Positions 10,101 through 16,273 of a stretch of 53,126 bases of DNA are shown piece after piece. Each line of letters starts with the position of its first letter. Positions within the stretch are counted from its first letter, which is position 1. The notes beneath the pieces are model-generated. The model ran no database searches and was not told where the DNA came from. It worked only from the letters and a program-made list of their open reading frames with translations. Source of the DNA: Dysgonamonadaceae bacterium (lineage in GTDB: Bacteria > Bacteroidota > Bacteroidia > Bacteroidales > Azobacteroidaceae); the NCBI GenBank assembly GCA_031258895.1, contig JAIRMF010000079.1, forward strand, positions 1-53,126, given 5' to 3'. A program made the position numbers and the translations under genes.

Positions 10101-10836
10101 AACGGAAACTCCCGACGCCAAATATTCGGCTGAGGCGTCCGACGGTTACGAAACTCGGGCTGTCTATGAAGAGTGTGCCGACTGTTTGCCTAAACAAGTT
10201 TACGTAAACGAGGTATACAGTGCAAGCGCATCCGACGTGACAGGCGACTGGATCGAACTTTACAATGCGGAAAACGCAACTGTTGATTTGGGCGGTTATA
10301 AACTTGTCAGAACCGACGATGGCAATATTTCAAGAGAATGGACTATTCCGGAAAATACAACGATTACACCTTACGGATATGTTGCGTTTGATCAAATAAC
10401 CGACTTCCCATACGGGATTTCACACGATAGTGATTTCAAGATAACGCTCATCGACAGATACGAGGCTACGCTTGATGTATTTGAAGTTTCGTCCGACCTT
10501 TATACGGTTTCGGGTGAGTCTGTGGCACGTTATCCCAACGGTACGGGCGCGCTGAAAATTACAATTCCTACAAAAAATAGCGCCAATGGCATTAAGTTTG
10601 TCGGTGAAATAAAGTTACGCGTATTTCCGAATCCGGTTTCCGAATCTGTTACCGTAGAGGCGGAATCGCCTATAACGAGCATAGTGGTGAGTGATATTTC
10701 GGGTCGTGCGGTTATCCGCGCCACAGCGGGCAGTAACAGTGAATCAATATCCACTGCACGCCTTACGAGTGGAATTTACCTGCTTACGGTAGAAACAGAG
10801 CAGGGACGAACAGTGAAAAAGATTATTAAAAAATAA
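7132..10836 (+). CDS. T9SS-secreted CotH-family kinase: signal peptide, lamin-tail domain, CHB_HEX_C/Fn3-associated domain, CotH kinase, jelly-roll domain, second lamin-tail domain, T9SS type A CTD
   Basis: LTD motifs INEI..N...NWVEVYN and VNEV...DWIELYN; kinase motifs PAVVFLNGEYWGLVNIRER, NWDWPQNN..LWR, KWRFIAYDNDF; CTD VFPNP...GIYLLTV....KKIIKK. Confidence 0.88.
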   Translation: MKKIFYLLLLLFPVLVSAQDLQINEISARNVSGDVLNSENGFNFNNWVEVYNPSSSAVNLKDYAFSRPSKSGERTWVPGSITVPAGGYAVVYFERQDSIYYRADAKYDVTGKADYNGRTASFKLEPKGGTLRLLKGGTQIAILDYPELYRNASYGRTTDGGSDWAYFATPTKGASNTGEYVIRQTADQIIQTAAPTFGVPAGFHEGTQSVTLSAESGATVYYTITNARTDKALTVVNGGQEPTTASTVYSAPIEVSKASVIRAIAVAPGKLPSNVVTSTYLVGVRKPNLPVVSLTIDDKFMYDVEVGMYDDGKSPFGKHAVTRVHDGALDASGNRITQGCNRIGNYNQPWDRPANFEFFDKEGKLHISQEVDIAIAGQCTRQNAFLKSFKVKAKEKFGNDKLDYDFFASKPGHKYESVMLRFAGTEGSGSMNGRSYFRDALMSTLSIGYMEVDVQAYQPAVVFLNGEYWGLVNIRERTNDSNSYSNFGIGGDDVYVVENSEMNYPTPPGSSKNIPYVPYEKKKVFDEMYEFIKNNDMSKAENYARACELLDIDNYIDLLQLSVFGQNWDWPQNNQKLWRPAAEGGKWRFIAYDNDFAINNGAICALASYSKILNPSCDDKSLGEKFKYLFSSLLKSPEFRSRFLTRAEYHTATTFKPSRLTAMVDSFKAQIADEITYFFPYRNLGTVSDWSGTVTVVRNFVNSRANAFLTETKNFILTQSASGTKNLNVNVSASIANANIKANGVPLSVSAADKAVKVLSASNLPVVFEAGPVSGYKFVKWEHTPTAPYTSLDLIPEGATWNYYCFGKDAAELGDGWKTSKGTGTGWVTDKPAPLGYGANGTGSNVSGKGTVKTKIPACSGTSCSGSVKYIGSYFVKTINLSKVEELAGFVVEANIDDCGAFYVNGKEVHREKIPANYKITTRTTGAGSSEEPFSFAIPKDYFKEGENIIAVEIHQSDGSSATEKDYSNSTDLYFEMSLKCQRYDLSQAVTETPDAKYSAEASDGYETRAVYEECADCLPKQVYVNEVYSASASDVTGDWIELYNAENATVDLGGYKLVRTDDGNISREWTIPENTTITPYGYVAFDQITDFPYGISHDSDFKITLIDRYEATLDVFEVSSDLYTVSGESVARYPNGTGALKITIPTKNSANGIKFVGEIKLRVFPNPVSESVTVEAESPITSIVVSDISGRAVIRATAGSNSESISTARLTSGIYLLTVETEQGRTVKKIIKK

Positions 10837-10872
10837 TTTCTTTATCTATTAACAATTTAATTTTTTTACAAA

Positions 10873-12375
10873 ATGCGAAAGATTTTTACAAATGCAATTT
10901 TGACTCTTGCATTCTTTTTCGGTGCATCAGTCAGTTCCGCCTTTGCGGAAAAAGTGGATATCTCTACGGTTCCTGCTACAGGAGGTTCCGGTGATGGTTG
11001 GGTTGCCGAGGAACACACAGAGAGTAATTCTCTGAGGTTCACGGTTACCAAGGATGTTACGTTTACCGGTACTAACGATGTTGCACAATTCTTTGTGCCG
11101 AAGGACAAAACAGTAACCATTACTCTTGAAGACGTGGTTGTCAAGAATGGATTTGCTTCTCCGCTTATCGTTGAATCGGAAGGCGAAGATGCGGGCGGCG
11201 TCCTCACACTTGAACTTGTCGGAGAAAATGAACTTATCGTTGCCAATGTTAATACGCAGGCGGCAGCGGTAACTGTTGAAGGCGCTGCGACGATTACTTT
11301 CAAAGGTGACGGTCAGCTCAAGGCCTACGGTGCAGGACTTAACACAACCGGCGCTTATGGCGGTGGTGCAGGAATCGGTACCGGTGCGGGTGTTGCGGCA
11401 ACTACGTGGCCTACGTCCGGAACAATTAGCATCGAAAGCGGTATTATTATTGCTCAAGGCGGTTACAATGCGTCGGGTATCGGCGGTGGATACTCCGGAG
11501 ACAGCGGTGAAATCAATATCACCGGTGGTACCATATTTACCACCTCTATCGGATGCGGAAGCCATGGATTCACCGGCCCCATTAATATCAGCGGAGATGC
11601 TACCCTTTACATGAATTGGTGTTTAGGAGGAAAAGTATATAATACTGATCCTGGTCATCCTAAACAAGGTCAGGCTTATTCTTTTAACTATGGTGGAAAT
11701 GCAGTAGCATTCATAGACACCGATGATTCAGGCTGGATGCAACGTGCTGAAATTAGCGATAATTTCCAGTACTATATCTTCGACGATCAAATTTTCGAGA
11801 AAACGGGAGCTCGTGTTGAATTCCCATCATTCTACGATCACAGCAATGCTACTCGTGATCCACTTGAAACCGATTTCGAAGATGCTTTGGTAACTCTGTA
11901 TGGAGGTAATCTGAATCTTGATGTTCCTCCCGGAGAAGTTTGGATTTTCGGACCGGTTCTTGTTCCTGAATATCTTACTATTGAAGGATGGAATGAACTT
12001 ACAGAGTTCTCGGCAATCGTTAGGCGTCAAGATGGAGGTGACTTTATAGCCAGAGAAGGATCCAATGTCCGATATGGAAAAGATGAACCGGCATTGAAAG
12101 GCGGCGAGGGAACAGGTCTTGTTCATAATGTTGATTTTGGCGATGTTACTCCTATTAAAACCATTGGGAAATCCGACTTAAATGTATCTCTCAGGAACGA
12201 TGAAATCAGCGTAGAAGGAGCTGCAATCAAGGCTCTCACCGTCTACAGCATCAATGGACAGACCCTTATCAGCAAGGCAGGAAACACAGTTTCCGTATCT
12301 TCACTACCAAAAGGTTCTTACATAGTTTCGATTGAAGCTGAAAACGGGAAAACATCCGCAAAGTTTGTGAAATAA
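10873..12375 (+). CDS. T9SS cargo with a Gly-rich beta-helix (Cthe_2159/DUF4353-like carbohydrate-binding) domain
   Basis: Signal peptide (AFA); TITLEDV..., LELVGEN.L, GAGIG.G, SGIGGG, INITGGTI repeats; CTD VYSINGQ...KGSYIVSI....KFVK. Confidence 0.7.
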   Translation: MRKIFTNAILTLAFFFGASVSSAFAEKVDISTVPATGGSGDGWVAEEHTESNSLRFTVTKDVTFTGTNDVAQFFVPKDKTVTITLEDVVVKNGFASPLIVESEGEDAGGVLTLELVGENELIVANVNTQAAAVTVEGAATITFKGDGQLKAYGAGLNTTGAYGGGAGIGTGAGVAATTWPTSGTISIESGIIIAQGGYNASGIGGGYSGDSGEINITGGTIFTTSIGCGSHGFTGPINISGDATLYMNWCLGGKVYNTDPGHPKQGQAYSFNYGGNAVAFIDTDDSGWMQRAEISDNFQYYIFDDQIFEKTGARVEFPSFYDHSNATRDPLETDFEDALVTLYGGNLNLDVPPGEVWIFGPVLVPEYLTIEGWNELTEFSAIVRRQDGGDFIAREGSNVRYGKDEPALKGGEGTGLVHNVDFGDVTPIKTIGKSDLNVSLRNDEISVEGAAIKALTVYSINGQTLISKAGNTVSVSSLPKGSYIVSIEAENGKTSAKFVK

Positions 12376-12412
12376 AAATCTAAACTTACTTTGTAAGGAT
12401 ATCACTTTTGTC

Positions 12413-12441
12413 ACTAATAGCAGCGTCACGCTGCTATTAGT
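12413..12441. terminator. perfect 14-bp inverted repeat with a 1-nt centre; probable terminator after the beta-helix gene
   Basis: ACTAATAGCAGCGT-C-ACGCTGCTATTAGT followed by a short T-rich tail. Confidence 0.6.
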
Positions 12442-12596
12442 TTCATTGTGTAAAGCGTCCTTTTTAAGCGTTATTTTTTTCAGAGTAACAACCATTCAAC
12501 TAAGTAAAGACCTTTTGTAAGCATTAGAAAGTCACTTCGTGGTGCTTGGGTCGTTTTTTTAGAGAATACATTCCTAAATTTTAAAAGAAGCAAATA

Positions 12597-15500
12597 ATGA
12601 CAAAAATTAAACTTGGCTTAGTAGCTGCAATATTGTTGGGTGTATCGTTGATATATACGCCCACGGTGTCTGCCGAACGGTATGAAGTATCGTGCAGCAA
12701 TCTTACAATTTCCAATGCAGGGGGAGAAAGAAAATTTTACGTATCCTGCGATAATGTCTGGACGGTAACAACCAACGCGGACTGGATATCGGTATATCCA
12801 TCCGCAGGGAAAGCCGGTTCGGACTCAATCATAGTGCTCACCGTCAAGCCGAACACAGCAGGAGGCGACCGTAATGCAATCGTTTCGTTTACGGCAAACG
12901 GCAAAACAGCCGAAATACCCCTAAATCAGGTGGATGTTTCGACCGGCGAATATTGGCTTGATGGAGACTTGATACCCGCACATCTGCACAAAAAAGTGTC
13001 GGAAGGAGGTACGTTGCCGAACAACTATAAACCGGTATGTATACTACTTTTCGGCAATGGCTGGGATTTAGGCGATAACAAAAAAGGCGGACTTTATGAA
13101 CAGTTCGCCAAAGGTTGGGCGGATTTATTTCTGCAACAGGACATCTTCAAAGATATGCAGGATTATTTCGATATCTATGCATATGTATCCGAATCCAATC
13201 AGCGTGGAAATATCCCGTTTTCGGCATACAAGTATACAATCGGCGGCAGTCGCGATATGGATAAACTTGGCTCGGATGCAACATTCGCACTCCTGAAAAT
13301 CAGACACCCGAATGCAAAAAGTGCAGTAAACGTCGATATATCCAACGGTTCTGTCGGTGGATGGAATTTTTACTTCAGCAACAAAGCCGGCGGTAGCGGA
13401 CAGTATGCAGCTTTCGGAAATCCACAAGGAGAACAGTGGGGACAGTACTGGTGGACTCACGAATTTATGGGACACGATTTCAGTAATATGCCCGATTACT
13501 ATTACCACAACGATGGATTAGACTGGAACGGAGAGATGATTCCTTATACCGAGATACCGTTTACCGCCAGTGGTAAAAATTGGACTTTTAAACGTACAGG
13601 CGAGTATCCGAACTGTTACACAAGTGGGGCAGGGACATGTGGTTCCGTTATCAATGCAATCAAAACACTTGCACGCGACTGGGACAACGGTTATTGGTGG
13701 ACCACAGACTGGGAGTCGGATCCTGAAAAAGTAATCTGGAAGACGTTTATCGGACGTAAAGGGTACGATAATGTGGGCGTATACAACGGCGGTAATCTGA
13801 ATGGTATTGATCACTATAAACGCCCCGAAGATCACAACGTTATGAATGAAAATTGGGGAGCACATTGCGGAGCGAATATCTGGCATGATGTAGGCTCCCG
13901 TTTGTGGATTTGGAACAAGGTATATGAGCGTGCCGGCGTTACTTCGGCGCATCTTCTTGCTGACTCCGACCCTGCACATCCGCGCTCACTGGAGAATTTC
14001 ATTCATTTCGATACTATCAACGGCTATAATGCAAACGGGAAACGTGTTTGTAACTACCCAACTCCACCTGTTTTGACTGCCGCTTACTGGGCTCAAAACA
14101 AACTTTTTCCGGCTGATCAAAAGGACTATCGCGACTGGATTGCCGAATGTACGGTAGCAAACAGCGGAGGTAATCTGATTCTCAAAGACGGAGCAAGGAA
14201 CTTGAAAGTAGGAACGGAGTATACTATGGAATACATAGGAGAAGGCAATTTCGCCCTCTTCCGCGGACTTGGCAATTATTCCGGTACGCTGAAGTACAAG
14301 ATTGGAGCTGATAACGAACTTATTTACGTAGGTAATGGAGGTACCGTCAGTAATCTTCCGATCGATTACAAGTTATACGCAAACGGAACGGTAGTAGAGA
14401 TCCCATTCGGCACTCAAAAGCCTACATGGGAAGGTTGTACTTTTCTCGGCTATGCTAAAACTTCCACCGCTAAAACTCCTGAGTTTACCGAAACCGGAGA
14501 GAAAACCGTTACGATAAATGGAACCACCGTGCTTTACGGGGTTTGGGAAACTACTGTCAAGTTTGATGCGAACAACACAGATCCAATTGTCACTCTTCCC
14601 GCTATCGTAGGAACCAAGGTCGCTGCACCCGCCGATCCAACCAAAGACGGTTATGTTTTCCTTGGCTGGTATGCCGATGCAAACTTCAAAACAGTCTGGA
14701 ATTTCAATACCAAACTTGTTACAGACGCTACAACGATATACGCTAAGTGGGTAGCCAAGTCAGTCGATAGTTATATCAATCTTGAAGACCCAACGGAAAC
14801 AGTAAGCGGTACAAGTTGGAGTTTGAGTAAAAATATCTATACGATAGAAGACGGAGCGAACGTGCTGATTACCGGCGCAAACAATGCAAGAAACATTGTT
14901 GTAACAAGCGGAGCGACGGCAACAGTTACACTGGAAGATGTTACCATAGAACCATCGAAAAATATAGCTCCTATCGATGTTACCGGTGCAAATGTTACCC
15001 TGCTGCTGAAAGGCGTCAATACTCTGACAACATCACCGTCGTATGCCCATGCGGCAATTGAACAGAGCGGCAGTGGTTCTTTGACCGTCAATAACGCAGA
15101 GGCAAAAGCAGGTGTGCTTTACGCTACGGGCGGTAAATTTTCAGCCGGCATCGGCGGAAAATCCAATTCGGGTTGTGGTACAATCGTGATAAACGGAGGT
15201 GTGGTATTCGCATCGAGTGACCCGACGGAAAATGCCGCATCGCACGGAGCTGCTATCGGAGGTGGACGCTACAGCCAAGGCGGCAACATAACGATTAACG
15301 GCGGTGTAGTATCGGCAGTCAGCAAAAAACCGGGAGTTGCAATCGGAAACGGAGAAACAGGCTCTATCAATACCGTCACAATCAACGGCGGTACGGTATA
15401 TGCAAGTGGGGGAAGCGCTCGCCCGATTGGTAACGGTAATGCGTCAGGAGAAGGCGTTACCATAGGCGCTAATGCGATTGTGTTTATGACAAGCAACTCG

Positions 15501-16040
15501 CAACCTTTTGTGGGAACAATAGAACCCGGCGCCACGGTCCTCGAAGAGACCGGGGAAGAAAATGAAAGTTTCCTGACGGTGACACAAAATTCCGTAGATA
15601 TTAAAATTGAAGATCCGGGTCTGACTATTCCGAGTAATGCTATTCTCGGAGTTCCAACCGGTAGTACGCTCTACGTAGGAATTGGAATTGCACTGAACAA
15701 TCACGGCAGAGTCCTCGCAGGCTCCATCAATAACGTTGAACTTGCTGACGGTGAGCCTTACGGTAATATCTTAGGCTGGGAACATGGTGTTCGAGGCAAT
15801 ATCAATACTGCAATCCGACAAGTCGAGCCAGTTCCTGCAAGAATTTATCTCGAAGGAAAACTTATCCGTATTGAAGCGGAAGATGTAACCGGAGTAACCG
15901 TTTACAGCATCAGCGGTCAGATTGTGAGCAGTGTAACCGGTAACGCTATAACGAGCCTTCCTGCTCCCGTAGCAAAAGGCGTCTACATAGTCCGAGTTGC
16001 TACTGCAAGCGGGATAACTGCCAAAAAGATAGTTAAATAA
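12597..16040 (+). CDS. T9SS-secreted protein: BACON domain, M64 (IgA-peptidase)-like metalloprotease, InlB B-repeats, beta-helix stalk, CTD
   Basis: BACON WTVTTNADWISVYPSAG...R.AIVSF; M64-like PV.ILLFGNGW, DYFDIYAYVSES, HEFMGHDF, W..FI....Y..VGVY.GG, RPE..VM; B-repeat PTKDGYVFLGWY...IYAKW; CTD KGVYIVRV....KKIVK. Confidence 0.75.
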   Translation: MTKIKLGLVAAILLGVSLIYTPTVSAERYEVSCSNLTISNAGGERKFYVSCDNVWTVTTNADWISVYPSAGKAGSDSIIVLTVKPNTAGGDRNAIVSFTANGKTAEIPLNQVDVSTGEYWLDGDLIPAHLHKKVSEGGTLPNNYKPVCILLFGNGWDLGDNKKGGLYEQFAKGWADLFLQQDIFKDMQDYFDIYAYVSESNQRGNIPFSAYKYTIGGSRDMDKLGSDATFALLKIRHPNAKSAVNVDISNGSVGGWNFYFSNKAGGSGQYAAFGNPQGEQWGQYWWTHEFMGHDFSNMPDYYYHNDGLDWNGEMIPYTEIPFTASGKNWTFKRTGEYPNCYTSGAGTCGSVINAIKTLARDWDNGYWWTTDWESDPEKVIWKTFIGRKGYDNVGVYNGGNLNGIDHYKRPEDHNVMNENWGAHCGANIWHDVGSRLWIWNKVYERAGVTSAHLLADSDPAHPRSLENFIHFDTINGYNANGKRVCNYPTPPVLTAAYWAQNKLFPADQKDYRDWIAECTVANSGGNLILKDGARNLKVGTEYTMEYIGEGNFALFRGLGNYSGTLKYKIGADNELIYVGNGGTVSNLPIDYKLYANGTVVEIPFGTQKPTWEGCTFLGYAKTSTAKTPEFTETGEKTVTINGTTVLYGVWETTVKFDANNTDPIVTLPAIVGTKVAAPADPTKDGYVFLGWYADANFKTVWNFNTKLVTDATTIYAKWVAKSVDSYINLEDPTETVSGTSWSLSKNIYTIEDGANVLITGANNARNIVVTSGATATVTLEDVTIEPSKNIAPIDVTGANVTLLLKGVNTLTTSPSYAHAAIEQSGSGSLTVNNAEAKAGVLYATGGKFSAGIGGKSNSGCGTIVINGGVVFASSDPTENAASHGAAIGGGRYSQGGNITINGGVVSAVSKKPGVAIGNGETGSINTVTINGGTVYASGGSARPIGNGNASGEGVTIGANAIVFMTSNSQPFVGTIEPGATVLEETGEENESFLTVTQNSVDIKIEDPGLTIPSNAILGVPTGSTLYVGIGIALNNHGRVLAGSINNVELADGEPYGNILGWEHGVRGNINTAIRQVEPVPARIYLEGKLIRIEAEDVTGVTVYSISGQIVSSVTGNAITSLPAPVAKGVYIVRVATASGITAKKIVK
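14772..15812 (+). repeat. copy 1 of the paralogous beta-helix stalk module (about 1 kb) shared with 17549-18592
   Basis: Protein alignable from INL to RGNINTA; includes the identical run AGVLYATGGKFSAGIGGKSNSGCGTI. Confidence 0.9.
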
Positions 16041-16070
16041 GTTCGACAGGATAAAAAACAATTACAGTGG

Positions 16071-16099
16071 CTGTTGCACGGTCCGGCATCGTGCAACAG
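16071..16099 (+). terminator. hairpin, probable terminator after the M64-like gene
   Basis: CTGTTGCACG / CGTGCAACAG 10-bp perfect stem; weak U tract. Confidence 0.5.
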
Positions 16100-16273
16100 A
16101 TTCACTTTCCTCTCGATACACATTTTTTCATAGGGAAAATGTTGGTGATTGCGGTACGTTGTGAGGTTAGTGTAATGTGTGCGTCAGTCGTTTTTGTTAA
16201 TATATTCTGCCGGAAAGACCAAATAAATAGGAGGCCATTTTTATTACAATATTAATTTCAAAAACATATACGC

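Noticed and set aside
10927-11565. 212-aa antisense ORF and similar antisense ORFs in the T9SS cargo genes
   Set aside because: Shadow frames of Gly/Thr/Ala-rich coding sequence, with no promoter or motif support.
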